From positions 2,416 through 66,415 of IMG/VR virus record IMGVR_UViG_3300045120_000303: a DNA stretch of 64,000 nucleotides, one strand, 5' to 3'. Source of the DNA: a virus. A model generated the notes under the pieces. The model saw only the letters and a list, made by a program, of their open reading frames with translations. It did not search any database and was not told the origin of the DNA. The position numbers and the translations under genes were made by a program. Position 1 is the first letter of the stretch. Every line of letters begins with the position of its first letter. Positions 54,901 to 63,556 of this stretch are shown here, piece by piece.

Positions 54901-56879
54901 CGCAGCACACCGCCTGTGAGGACACGCATGATGCGCCAAGCCCCAGACGCTCCGTCCGCATAGTAGCTGCTCGCCTGGACGTATCCGGCGTCAGCAAGCG
55001 TGATGACCGGGTTGGGCGCCGCGACAGAGCCGATGGACCATTTGAGGCCCGTGGGGGTGTCGTTGACGTTGTCCCAGTAGAGGTTGCGAGTCCCAGCGCC
55101 TGTGAAGCCGAGCATCTGATTGGTGCCAAGCCGAATGGCGCAATTTGAGAACACGCCACCATCAAGTCGAAGACCAAAGATCGTGTTCGCGGTGATGTTG
55201 ATCGCGCCAACCGTGGCACTCCCCGCACTGACCGTCACACCGCCACCGCTGAACGTCGTGGCGCCAGTGACGTTTCCGCCGACGAGCGGCAGATAGGCTG
55301 CAGTGGCAGTCGTGACGAACGCTGTCGTTGCTAGTTGCGTCGTATTTGTGAGCGCCGCAGCAGTTGGCGCTGAAGGCACTCCTGTCAGGGCTGGCGACGC
55401 CAGGGGCGCATAAGACGCCAGGAGCGTCGTGACGCCAGCGCCCGATATTGCTCCAGCCACCGACAAGCCAGCATTCAGCGTCAGTTGCCCGTCAGTTCGG
55501 CGGAAGGTGCAGACCGCTCCTAGGAAAGCGCCAGTGTCGCTGTAGTTGTACAGGGCGAGGTTACTACCAGCGTTTGATCCACTCTCGGCAAACGCATCGA
55601 GGGCCAGAAACCAACGCTGGCTGCCTGCGGAATACCAAGAAAACCCAGGAGCCGTGGTGACAGCCGAGTTGACATAGATCTTGGAACCACTCGTGGTCGC
55701 TGTTCCGGCGTTAATCCAGCCGCCGCTTGACGACACGTTGCCTGTTGCCGCCAGGGTGGTGAAGGAGCCCGTGGACGGCGTCGTGGCGCCCACAGCGGTG
55801 GCATTCAGACCGGTGGACGAGATGAACGCGGCATCAGTGGTGCCGAGGACGAAAGCGTGCTGGGCAGTGGCCCCAGCGATATGGTTCAGTCGATTGCTGG
55901 TGACACCAAGACCAAACGTAGTGCCCCACAGCGCGAGGTGGGCGGTAACATCGCTGCCGCTGGCGCCGAGAACGCTGCCAAATCCGACCCCACACGCGAA
56001 CTGAAGTACTCCGGCGCCGCTGGTATTGATCGTTGACGCGGTTGTCGGAGTTGCTCCAGCGTTGAAAAGGAATGCGTTGCGGGTGCCATCACCGATGCGG
56101 ACTGGCACGCCTAGCAGCAGGTTATGGGTCGGAAACAGAGAGACGCCGTTGGTCCAGAGTTCCGCCGAGTAAGCGGGTGGGATCGAATACGTGCTGGTGC
56201 CGGTCGTGAAGTTGACGTTGAAGCCGCCGGTCGTGCCGTTCCGCACTACCCAGTTTCTCTGCTGGCCGGTCAGCGGAATTGTGATGGTGCGATCAGCAGT
56301 GAACGCACCGCTGACGTTGTTGATCCTCTCGCCCATCTGCAGCGAGGTCCACGTCGCGTCGGCGTCCCCCGGATTGGCGCTCATAAAGCCGTTGGCATGT
56401 CGCGCGACGAATTGCGTGCTGGCGAGCGAGCCTGTCTCGTTCCCGATCGCCTGGAGCGGCGCGTTGGCGGTGACGCCGCTAGCGTTGATGGTTGCGACAT
56501 CGACGCCGCTTGAGACGCAGACGATAGATCCGCCCACGAGGTTGAGTCGGCCGCTCGTGATGTTGAGGCCGTAGTTGGTGCCGTAAAGCGCGAGGTGGTT
56601 CGACAGATCAGTTGTACTGCTTGCCAGGACGCTGCCGAAATTAAGGTTCGCCCCGGCGCCAACCGTCACATTGCCGGTTAGAATTCCGCCCGAAAGCGGC
56701 AGGAAGGCACCAGGTCCAGCAATCGGAAAGATCGAGGTCGCCGCCCCGGCGCTGTTGCCGCCACCGTAGTAGAGAATGTTCGTTTGCTCATTATAGGCCA
56801 GTTCAGCGGCGGCAAGTGTGGCTGGTGCGCCCGCGGCTCCTCCGACCGCTCGGCGTTTGATCCTTAGAACGTCTGCCAT
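51948..56879 (-). CDS. Long fibre protein with C-terminal peptidase S74 intramolecular chaperone
   Basis: TSD.R.K..V......L..I..LRPV.F......GFIAQEV....PEAV; repeated APLASPALTG.P.APT. Confidence 0.9.
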   Translation of the reverse strand: MADVLRIKRRAVGGAAGAPATLAAAELAYNEQTNILYYGGGNSAGAATSIFPIAGPGAFLPLSGGILTGNVTVGAGANLNFGSVLASSTTDLSNHLALYGTNYGLNITSGRLNLVGGSIVCVSSGVDVATINASGVTANAPLQAIGNETGSLASTQFVARHANGFMSANPGDADATWTSLQMGERINNVSGAFTADRTITIPLTGQQRNWVVRNGTTGGFNVNFTTGTSTYSIPPAYSAELWTNGVSLFPTHNLLLGVPVRIGDGTRNAFLFNAGATPTTASTINTSGAGVLQFACGVGFGSVLGASGSDVTAHLALWGTTFGLGVTSNRLNHIAGATAQHAFVLGTTDAAFISSTGLNATAVGATTPSTGSFTTLAATGNVSSSGGWINAGTATTSGSKIYVNSAVTTAPGFSWYSAGSQRWFLALDAFAESGSNAGSNLALYNYSDTGAFLGAVCTFRRTDGQLTLNAGLSVAGAISGAGVTTLLASYAPLASPALTGVPSAPTAAALTNTTQLATTAFVTTATAAYLPLVGGNVTGATTFSGGGVTVSAGSATVGAINITANTIFGLRLDGGVFSNCAIRLGTNQMLGFTGAGTRNLYWDNVNDTPTGLKWSIGSVAAPNPVITLADAGYVQASSYYADGASGAWRIMRVLTGGVLRWIAGGNLTAESTGDVGTDYDINAYNDSGALIGTCLRITRSTGLFMVYRGLGIFTQVAPGGITDLSRHIALYATTYGFNVTANRLNYLAPLNASHFFNVNAIDVAQISATGINAAAIGATTPSTGSFTTLAATGTVSGAGFTGLLAPYAPLASPALTGVPITPNAAVGDESTQIASTLFAARAAQGLNQPTPGDADTTLTAAQLDGRAINVIGTLTADRTYTVPMTLNRRNWLIRNGTTGGFNITITCSGGTSFTIPPGYITEIWTNSFNIFTAQNMLCGTIARIGDPTRNGFIFSTGATPTSASNISTQGAGAIQFIGAVTATTPATADNTTTLATTAFVKNQAYATLASPALTGVPTAPTAAALTNTTQIATTAFVTAANNAAVLSFNSRVGAITLTNADVTGVLLPSSTTPNMDGTAAIGVGTTWARADHTHPTDTSLLSLGGGTVAGATTFSAGGVTMSGNNAGGWGLILTNTAAYGIILNGTYTSAALRVSGNIAFTGAANRNLYFDNTVSLPAGLKYSIGTTAAPNVVITLGDTGLVTCLQGMSADNVAGTNRGYQFKTGGLARWWFLCNPTAEGGSNAGSDLDIVSYDDTGAILVNPVFRITRSTGLVLFNRGISLASTVGATTSDLSRGIALFGTNYGFNVTASRLNYVAPLNASHYFVVNALDVGFFSATGLNAAAVGASTPSTGSFTTLAASGAVSGAGFTTLLAPYAPLASPALTGVPTAPTATAGTNTTQIATTAFVTASLGSPTFSGTVTAPQINLKPTSGSATVLLFKLAGQSAGATCYNAANSLPRWELRIGNTDAESTGNAGTNFDLRSYTDAGGFLSTPLFINRATGAMTVTGNFLATGTVSGNGAYINTSDMRIKYDVGDFGDGLSAIARLRPVRFKRHHWHSDNIKAPRRFELGFIAQEVRDVIPEAVFETDIDMPDGSWKEDSPVLGMSLDPIVAALVNGMKELAAQNAALAARVQQLEARTLH

Positions 56880-56896
56880 TACTTGCCGCTCTCAAG

Positions 56897-58459
56897 TCAA
56901 AAGGTGCCACCATCCAATGTTACACCATCTATAGTACCGCCCGTTATTGCGACTGCACTTGCCGCCTGGAGGGCCATACTGCCAAGACCGGTGATGTCTG
57001 TATTCGGTATTGACGCCACACCGGTAAACGCAGCGGCACCATTGCCCTTGAGATAGCCCGTCAGGGTGACGGCGCCCGAGCCGCCGCGATTGACCGCGAT
57101 CGTGGTGGCGTTCCATGTGCCGGTTGCCACAGCGCCGAGCGTCGTGATCGAGGTCTGCCCGACATAGGCCGGGTCGATATCGATGTTGTCGGCGTTGACG
57201 AGGATCCTGTTCGCCGTGCCAACGGCATCAATCTGGTTGCCCGTCTTGACGAGGCCGGCGCCGCCGATGATCTGGCCGGCACCGCTGAACTGCACCCATG
57301 TGACGGGTGTCGTGCCGAGCGTGCCGCCGGGATCCGAGGTGCAGAGATAGCCGTTGTCGGCGTTGGCGGTGCCCACCTCGATGAAGGTGTAGGCAGCAAC
57401 CAACCCGGTCCACGTATTGGTGTCGGTGGAGCGCGTCCACGCGCCAACCGCAGCGTTGTAGATACCGTTGTTCGCCTGCGCGGTCTGGTCTTTCACCAGC
57501 ACTCGATCGCCGGCGACCGCTACGATGCCATCGATCGTCAGCAAGCCACTCAGCGCCGCCAGGTTGGCAGTGGTCGCCATGCGGCAAGGCTGCGTGACGT
57601 TCAGCCCTTGGATCGCTCCGTCGACGTAGTTTTTTGTCGCGGCGTCTTGCGGGGACGTACAATCTGCGAGCCCGGTGATCTTGCGATTGCCCCACGCGAC
57701 ATCCGCAGTCGGTGGCTGGAACTGATCCTGCCGCAGCCCCTTCACGAACGCCGTAGTGGCAAGCGAAACGGAAGAGTCCGTGTTGGCAGGGGTTGGTCCG
57801 GTCGGATTGCCTGTCAGGACCGGGCTGGCCAGCGGCGCATAAGCCTGCGCCTTCACAAATGCCGTAGTTGCAAGCGAAACCGAGGAGTCGGCTGTGGCAG
57901 GAGTCGGCCCGGTCGGATTGCCCGTCAGGACCGGGCTGGCCAGCGGCGCTCGCGTCGAATCGGTCGGGTGAACGTGGTCAGCCCTCGCGAACGTCGTCCC
58001 GACACCGACAGCAACAGCGCCGTCCATGAGTGGATTGGTGCTGGATGGCAGTGGAACCGAAGCGACGGTGGCATATAACTGCGCTTTTACAAACGCTGTA
58101 GTTGCTATACTCGTGTCATTATCTGCGGTCAGAGGTGTTGGTGCTTGAGGATCACCTGTAAAGACCGGATTGGCTAGGGGTGCGCGCGAAGTATCCACCG
58201 GGTGGACGTGGTCACTCCTGCTGTACGTGACCTGCGCGCCAGCCGCAGCGACGCCATTCATCACCGGGTTGGTGTTCGAAGCCTGCCCGCTGCCTCCGAC
58301 CGGGACGACGACGGTCGCGGAACCGCCGGAACCGCCCGTTCCTTCGCCATAATACAAAATGTGGTCGACCTCGTTGTATGCCAGTTCGGCATTCGCGAGA
58401 GTCGCAGGCGCGCCAGGTGATCCACTCGTGCGGCGCTTAATCCGGATGACGTCGGCCAT
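56897..58459 (-). CDS. Fibre protein
   Basis: Repeated APLASP.LTG.P..PT...D.S...ATTAFV; DAATKNYVD; GDRVLVKDQT....NGIY. Confidence 0.85.
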   Translation of the reverse strand: MADVIRIKRRTSGSPGAPATLANAELAYNEVDHILYYGEGTGGSGGSATVVVPVGGSGQASNTNPVMNGVAAAGAQVTYSRSDHVHPVDTSRAPLANPVFTGDPQAPTPLTADNDTSIATTAFVKAQLYATVASVPLPSSTNPLMDGAVAVGVGTTFARADHVHPTDSTRAPLASPVLTGNPTGPTPATADSSVSLATTAFVKAQAYAPLASPVLTGNPTGPTPANTDSSVSLATTAFVKGLRQDQFQPPTADVAWGNRKITGLADCTSPQDAATKNYVDGAIQGLNVTQPCRMATTANLAALSGLLTIDGIVAVAGDRVLVKDQTAQANNGIYNAAVGAWTRSTDTNTWTGLVAAYTFIEVGTANADNGYLCTSDPGGTLGTTPVTWVQFSGAGQIIGGAGLVKTGNQIDAVGTANRILVNADNIDIDPAYVGQTSITTLGAVATGTWNATTIAVNRGGSGAVTLTGYLKGNGAAAFTGVASIPNTDITGLGSMALQAASAVAITGGTIDGVTLDGGTF

Positions 58460-59086
58460 CTAAAAGCTCCCTCCGTCAATCTGCTGAACGTCAAAGTCCT
58501 CGATGTCGTCGGTGTAGAGGAGGACGTCGCCAGTCTTATGCGCGACACTCGTCACCAGATCGGGCCTTTGGCCGGCCACCACAGCCGCTTCAACGTATTG
58601 CGTGGTCGCTAGCTGTGTCGTCGTGGTGTTGGGTGGCGCAGTTGGCGCTGTTGGAGTTCCGAAGAAGGCCGGGGAGTCGAGGGGCGCATAGGGCGTGGTG
58701 TCTGACAGCACCTCGACCCAGTCGATGCCGCCGCGCCGGCCATAGATATTGCCGTCGTTCGGCGCGTCCGGAATGCCCGTCTGCCACGCGGCAAGGACGT
58801 CGATCTGGACCGGCGGCTGCGGCGCCCCGCCAACGACATCGACGGTCACCGGCGCCGGCAAGGTCACGGCCACGAGCGGCGGCGGCGGAACTACCGCATC
58901 GACGCTGACGGTCGGCGGTGGAGCTGCAATCACGTCGACGCTGGTCGGCGGGAGCGGATCGGGGAGGTCGACCTCGATGACCGGCGGCGCCGGCAGCGTG
59001 ACGTCGATCGTGGAGGCGTCGGCCTCGACCTCGATGACCTGTACCGGCTTGGATTGCTCAACGTCGACGGATACGACGCCGCTCAT
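58460..59086 (-). CDS. Pro/Val-rich fibre-associated protein
   Basis: DAP.DG..YGR; VTSVA.KTGDV; ends IDGGSF. Confidence 0.75.
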   Translation of the reverse strand: MSGVVSVDVEQSKPVQVIEVEADASTIDVTLPAPPVIEVDLPDPLPPTSVDVIAAPPPTVSVDAVVPPPPLVAVTLPAPVTVDVVGGAPQPPVQIDVLAAWQTGIPDAPNDGNIYGRRGGIDWVEVLSDTTPYAPLDSPAFFGTPTAPTAPPNTTTTQLATTQYVEAAVVAGQRPDLVTSVAHKTGDVLLYTDDIEDFDVQQIDGGSF

Positions 59087-59493
59087 CCCGGCCTCCTCGG
59101 CATAGCAGGGGCCGCAGGGGCCGCTGGAGCGGCCAGGACGCCAATGCTCGCCCCGCTGTCAGTCACGTCCATCGTCACCGTCACCAAGCCACTGAGGACC
59201 GTCTGCACGTCGCCGTTCGGGTAGGTGAGCTGTAGGTCATAGGTGCCGCCGCTCTTTGGCAGTAGCGCCGTCTTCGCGGTCGGCAGCACCGCGAGGATCT
59301 GATTCGGCGTCTGCACCGTCAGATCCATTGTCGTGATGATCGCACCGCCGGCGGAGCTGACCCGGATTTCCGCTTTCGGGACCACGCCAGTCAGGTCGGC
59401 TGGTATCGTTTTTCCCGCGTCCTGCCACAGCGTGAACGTCCAGCGATAAGTGTCGCCATGGTAGATCGTGAGATTGAGCGTTCCCGGTGTCAC
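59083..59493 (-). CDS. BppU-N-like adaptor protein
   Basis: NL.IY.GD.........DLTG....AEIR.......YDLQL......T.L.G.V....DVT. Confidence 0.7.
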   Translation of the reverse strand: MTPGTLNLTIYHGDTYRWTFTLWQDAGKTIPADLTGVVPKAEIRVSSAGGAIITTMDLTVQTPNQILAVLPTAKTALLPKSGGTYDLQLTYPNGDVQTVLSGLVTVTMDVTDSGASIGVLAAPAAPAAPAMPRRPG

Positions 59494-59753
59494 CGCACGG
59501 CACCTGGCGCCGTCAGCGTCTCGATCTGCAGCCCCTCGGGCGCGTCCGTTTCCATCGCGCCTCGCATCTCGGTCCAATGCGCGCCGCAGGTATCGCAGAC
59601 CTTCTCCGACGTGAACGTGTTCGGATCCTTGTTCGTCAGGACGCCGTTGCCGTCATAGACGGGCTCCCACGCAACGGTCGTCAGCACTGTGCTGACTGTC
59701 CGCACTCGGCAGTCGGCAGGATCGCCGGAGCACTCAGGATGGTAGTTCGCCAT
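59490..59753 (-). CDS. Small Cys-containing protein
   Basis: C......C...DPN......CDTCG. Confidence 0.65.
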   Translation of the reverse strand: MANYHPECSGDPADCRVRTVSTVLTTVAWEPVYDGNGVLTNKDPNTFTSEKVCDTCGAHWTEMRGAMETDAPEGLQIETLTAPGAVR

Positions 59754-59773
59754 GTCCGGTCCCCTGTTGCTCG

Positions 59774-61516
59774 CTAGGCAATGATCGGGCTGCTCAAGAA
59801 GCCATCGAGGCCGGCGGCGTCATCGACGTCCATCGAGCGGCCGATCGCCATGATCAATCCGGAGATGCCGTCGATGCGCGCGGTGGAGTGTTTCTTCGAC
59901 GGCATGCGATTTTCGTTCTTGTCCGTCAGCACATGCAGATTGCTGGCCATCCACGCCAAGACTTCGTTGCCGCCATGATCGAGAAGCTCGGACAACAACC
60001 ACGCTTCCAATTGTTTCGTTGGCGCGTTGTAGCTGCGGAAGCCCTGCACGAATTCGAACATCGGCAGGCCTTCGCCCTCCAGCGCGACCGCGAGCTGCGT
60101 GGCATTCCAGGGATCAAAGGCTATGGCGCGGGGCTCGTTCAGGCGGCAATCCTCGAGAACCGCTGTCTGGATCTCACTGTGATCGATCACATTGCCCGGG
60201 GTGATCTCGATCAAACCGGCATCGATCCAGCGCCGATACTGCACCTGATCTCGATCGGACTTCGCCTGCACCGTGTCCGCCGGCATCCAGAACCGCGGAA
60301 CGATTTTCCAGAGCCTCTCGCCCTCGATCGGCGGGAACAATTTGACCCACGCCGAGAGATCGATGCGCGACGACAGGTCAATCGCGCCGTAGAAGGGCCG
60401 TTGCATCAGCTCCGCAGGATCCCATGCCCCGCTGGTGTTCCTGTGCCAGACCTCCATGTCGATCGCCCGCGTGGCGTCCGAGGTCCGCATGTTCAAGCGA
60501 AGGCGTTTGAAGGCGACAAGGGCTGGTGGAGAGCGCGACGCTTTGAGCGCTTGGCGCCTCAAATCGTCCATTTTGACTGAGATGCCGAGATTTGGATTGG
60601 CCTTGATCCAAACTTTCGGATCGTCCCAGGCATCACCTGGGTCCAAGGTGGCTATGTAGGCAAAATAGCTGTCGTCTTTGATCGTGCCTTCGACAACCTG
60701 CGACGCGTATGTCGTTTCCGCCGCGTAAACGCTCTCCGGGTTGTCATCGCCAGCCGTGGTGATGATCCAGATCAACGGCTGTCGCCTGGAGCCCATCGCT
60801 GTGTCGAGAACGTCCAGCACAGCCCGCGATTTGTGCCGATGCAGCTCGTCGATGACGACGAAGTGCGGATTTAGACCGTCGAGCGTCCGTTCATCGGCCG
60901 ACAGCGGCACAAAGCTCGACAGCGTTTCGTTGACCGCGAGAACCCGCTGCAGGACTTGAACCTGTTTGCTCAGTCGCGGCGATCGCTGCACCATTCTGCG
61001 CGCCTCGTCGAACACCAGGCGGGCCTGATCGCGCTTGGTCGCTGCCGAGTAGACCTCGGCACCAGGCTCCTTGTCGGCGCACAGGCCTTTGAGTGCGACC
61101 GCGGCAGCGGAGGTCGATTTGCCGTTCTTCCTGCCCAGTTCCTCATAGACCGTCCGGAACCGGCGAAGACCGTCCTTCCGGAGCCACCCGAACACGCTGC
61201 CGTGGATAAACTTCTGCCAGGGCTCAAGCTTGACCGGCCGGCCCGCCCATTCCCCTTTCGAATGCAGCAGAAACCGGCAAAAATCGATCGAATGGATGGC
61301 AACGTCGGGACGCCACACCAGCCCGCGCTTGTGACCGTCTATGAGATCGCGGAAGTGTCTTTCGCAGGCAAGCCGAACCAGTCTTCCCGTGATGATCTTG
61401 CCTTTGACGACGTCCCAGGCGTACGCGGAAACAGGATCGGCGTCAGTGGACGGCCGATACGTCGGGAGCGCGCTCAAGATATTCGTCGAGCGATTCTTCG
61501 TCTTTGGTCGGAGCAT
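59774..61516 (-). CDS. terL: Terminase large subunit
   Basis: L.PWQ.F, RKNGKS (Walker A), IDELH (Walker B), ITTAG, W.KANPNLG, DLS..D, RIDG; start may be 61477 (TTG). Confidence 0.97.
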   Translation of the reverse strand: MLRPKTKNRSTNILSALPTYRPSTDADPVSAYAWDVVKGKIITGRLVRLACERHFRDLIDGHKRGLVWRPDVAIHSIDFCRFLLHSKGEWAGRPVKLEPWQKFIHGSVFGWLRKDGLRRFRTVYEELGRKNGKSTSAAAVALKGLCADKEPGAEVYSAATKRDQARLVFDEARRMVQRSPRLSKQVQVLQRVLAVNETLSSFVPLSADERTLDGLNPHFVVIDELHRHKSRAVLDVLDTAMGSRRQPLIWIITTAGDDNPESVYAAETTYASQVVEGTIKDDSYFAYIATLDPGDAWDDPKVWIKANPNLGISVKMDDLRRQALKASRSPPALVAFKRLRLNMRTSDATRAIDMEVWHRNTSGAWDPAELMQRPFYGAIDLSSRIDLSAWVKLFPPIEGERLWKIVPRFWMPADTVQAKSDRDQVQYRRWIDAGLIEITPGNVIDHSEIQTAVLEDCRLNEPRAIAFDPWNATQLAVALEGEGLPMFEFVQGFRSYNAPTKQLEAWLLSELLDHGGNEVLAWMASNLHVLTDKNENRMPSKKHSTARIDGISGLIMAIGRSMDVDDAAGLDGFLSSPIIA

Positions 61517-61952
61517 ATTTGCCGTGCAATTCTCCGCCGCCAGACAGGCCGATCTTGGGACGCGAGGTCGGCGCGAAGCCAAGCTCCGCTGCAGCACGCA
61601 TCATCATCTGTGCCTGACGATTGATGATCGGAAGGAGCGGGTTCTGCATCAGCAGACCGTTCGGCGTCAGCGTCAGAACCTCTCCGCCCTCCGCAGCAAA
61701 CCTCTTGACCGCGGTGCGGTGCAGGCAGTGCGCGACAACCCAGCACTCCAAGATCGATGCGTCGATCATTTTCAGCATGCCGGTCGGAGAATGCTCCACC
61801 GCATAAGCCCACGCGGCCCGTTGCTCGTCGTCGAAGTGATCAGGCGCGTTGCTGACGTCGCCAACCGGCTTTGGCTCGCGCTCGTTGAACGCAGCGTGAG
61901 AGTGGTGCAGTTTCTTCAATACCGTTGGTTTGGGTTTGCGTCCGAGCGTCAT
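61443..61952 (-). CDS. terS: Terminase small subunit (P27 family)
   Basis: GRKPKPT.LK.L...NP............ELGF.P.SR. Confidence 0.92.
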   Translation of the reverse strand: MTLGRKPKPTVLKKLHHSHAAFNEREPKPVGDVSNAPDHFDDEQRAAWAYAVEHSPTGMLKMIDASILECWVVAHCLHRTAVKRFAAEGGEVLTLTPNGLLMQNPLLPIINRQAQMMMRAAAELGFAPTSRPKIGLSGGGELHGKYAPTKDEESLDEYLERAPDVSAVH

Positions 61953-62024
61953 GGGACGAACTCCCCTTGGGTGATGGCTAACGGTGACGGGTGGTGGGTG
62001 TCCTGGCCGGGTGCCTGCCACCCG

Positions 62025-62270
62025 TTAGTCAGGGGGCCGGTTCCGCGAGGCGAGCAACAACGCCAACACGGCGGTCAGCGACTCGCTAAAAATCTCGCGT
62101 ATCTGGGAGACGATGCCCGCCTCCACGCAGGCCCCAATCACCGAACGACCAGCAACCACCATGTAGATACACGCCAGCACCCCAAGCAGGGTTTCGGTTA
62201 TCTGCACTCCCAGCAGGGTCGCGAGGAGGATGAAGCTCCATTTCAGAATAGGGAATGGCGGGCGGGGCAT
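62025..62270 (-). CDS. Small membrane protein
   Basis: Hydrophobic helices. Confidence 0.6.
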   Translation of the reverse strand: MPRPPFPILKWSFILLATLLGVQITETLLGVLACIYMVVAGRSVIGACVEAGIVSQIREIFSESLTAVLALLLASRNRPPD

Positions 62271-62315
62271 GGACCGTGTCCATCAGGTCATCCCCCGCCG
62301 GCCATCGTTCACACG

Positions 62316-62840
62316 TTATTTCGGCTGCGCTACCGGTGGCGGCAGCGGATAACCGACCGACAGCGACGGATCCACCACCGTATAGCCAACGACTTTCAGA
62401 CCGCCGGCCGCACTGGCCGCGACGATCGCAACCAAGAACTTCTGCGAAGGCAAGCCATTGCTCGGGTACACAGGGGCTCCCGGCAAGCCTTGATCAGGAT
62501 GCGGCTGGGCTCCTGGCAAACCTTGATCGGGGTGTGGCTGGCCTCCCGGCAAGCCTTGATCCGGGTGTGGCGGGTAGATTGGGCCACCACCCACAACCGG
62601 TGGCCATATAGAGCCCGGTGGCATTGGATAATTGGGCGGCAGTTCTACCGGTGGCCAAATACTGACCGGCGGAGGCCAAATGCCGGGAGGAGGCGGCAGG
62701 CTATTGTCGACGTGGCCCTCTTCGATGCCGTAGCTGGGATCGACCGGCCCCTCGACGCCCGGTAGGGAATTATCCGGCCTACCCGGCGCGACGCCCTCGA
62801 TGATGAGGTGTCCGCCGACGACTCGTACGCGTGTACTCAT
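62316..62840 (-). CDS. Proline-rich repeat protein
   Basis: (PHPDQGLPG)x3 plus DNSLP repeats; GGAG RBS. Confidence 0.75.
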   Translation of the reverse strand: MSTRVRVVGGHLIIEGVAPGRPDNSLPGVEGPVDPSYGIEEGHVDNSLPPPPGIWPPPVSIWPPVELPPNYPMPPGSIWPPVVGGGPIYPPHPDQGLPGGQPHPDQGLPGAQPHPDQGLPGAPVYPSNGLPSQKFLVAIVAASAAGGLKVVGYTVVDPSLSVGYPLPPPVAQPK

Positions 62841-62922
62841 GTCTATACTCCCTTTGAAATTATCGGCACGCAAACGGGTGTCTACGCCTGGGCGCAGCCT
62901 TCACACGCGACGATTTTGTGAA

Positions 62923-63150
62923 TTAGCGGATGGGCTGCAAGAAATGGACGGTCGGTAGGCCAATCAGCAGCGCTACAATCATGTATAGCGCAATCAAGGC
63001 AACCACGAGCAGGTAGAGCCGCTGCACTTGCCAGTCGATAGGCCACCCAAACCACTTCGCGACCATCACAATAATCGCGCCGATCAGCACCAAAACCGCG
63101 ATGACGATCGCAATGTTGATGATGCCGAGTATCAGACCGCCGAGCGACAT
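62923..63150 (-). CDS. Small membrane protein
   Basis: Two long TM helices; GGAGG RBS. Confidence 0.7.
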   Translation of the reverse strand: MSLGGLILGIINIAIVIAVLVLIGAIIVMVAKWFGWPIDWQVQRLYLLVVALIALYMIVALLIGLPTVHFLQPIR

Positions 63151-63163
63151 GATTAGCCTCCCA

Positions 63164-63451
63164 TCATCTCCAGGCTTCGCCTTTTTCGCGGTGCTTTTTC
63201 GCGTCGCAGTCGTCACACAAAAGCTGCAGGTTCCAGTCGGCGTCCGCGCCGCCGTCCCGCCGCCGGATTATGTGGTCGACCCGCCGGGATTCGGGGGTTC
63301 CGCACTGCCGACAGATGCCCTGGTCGCGATCTCGCACGAAATCGGCCAATTTTCTCCACGCTTGCGTGTGGTAAAAAGCCTGATCTGGACTGCGGAATTT
63401 TGGCGTCGGGCGCCAGCCTGCAGGTCGGTGTTTTGGGGGCATCCTGGGCAT
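63164..63451 (-). CDS. Packaging-associated HNH endonuclease
   Basis: FY....W..L...V..RD...C..CG......VDHI..R.DGG.D...NLQ.LC..C...K. Confidence 0.9.
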   Translation of the reverse strand: MPRMPPKHRPAGWRPTPKFRSPDQAFYHTQAWRKLADFVRDRDQGICRQCGTPESRRVDHIIRRRDGGADADWNLQLLCDDCDAKKHREKGEAWR

Positions 63452-63499
63452 ATTGGACGCCCCGCTGGACGGGATTACCGCATCTTGGCAAGAAAAAGC

Positions 63500-63531
63500 G
63501 CTAAACCCTTCCCACTTGTCAAGGGTTTAGC
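63500..63531. promoter_or_regulatory. Inverted repeat GCTAAACCCTT-N10-AAGGGTTTAGC upstream of late genes
   Basis: 11-bp arms; contains TTGACA on - strand (63522-63517). Confidence 0.6.
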
Positions 63532-63556
63532 CAGATTTGGTGCCGATCAGGTGGAG

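Noticed and set aside
51948-58459. Diversity-generating retroelement or invertible fibre switch
   Set aside because: No reverse transcriptase or invertase; repeats are in-frame protein modules without adenine-specific mismatch pattern
29117-62765. Long + strand ORFs (e.g. 29117-30433, 33397-34434, 53598-55148, 61341-62765)
   Set aside because: Antisense shadows of GC-rich structural genes with Arg/Gly-biased composition and no motifs
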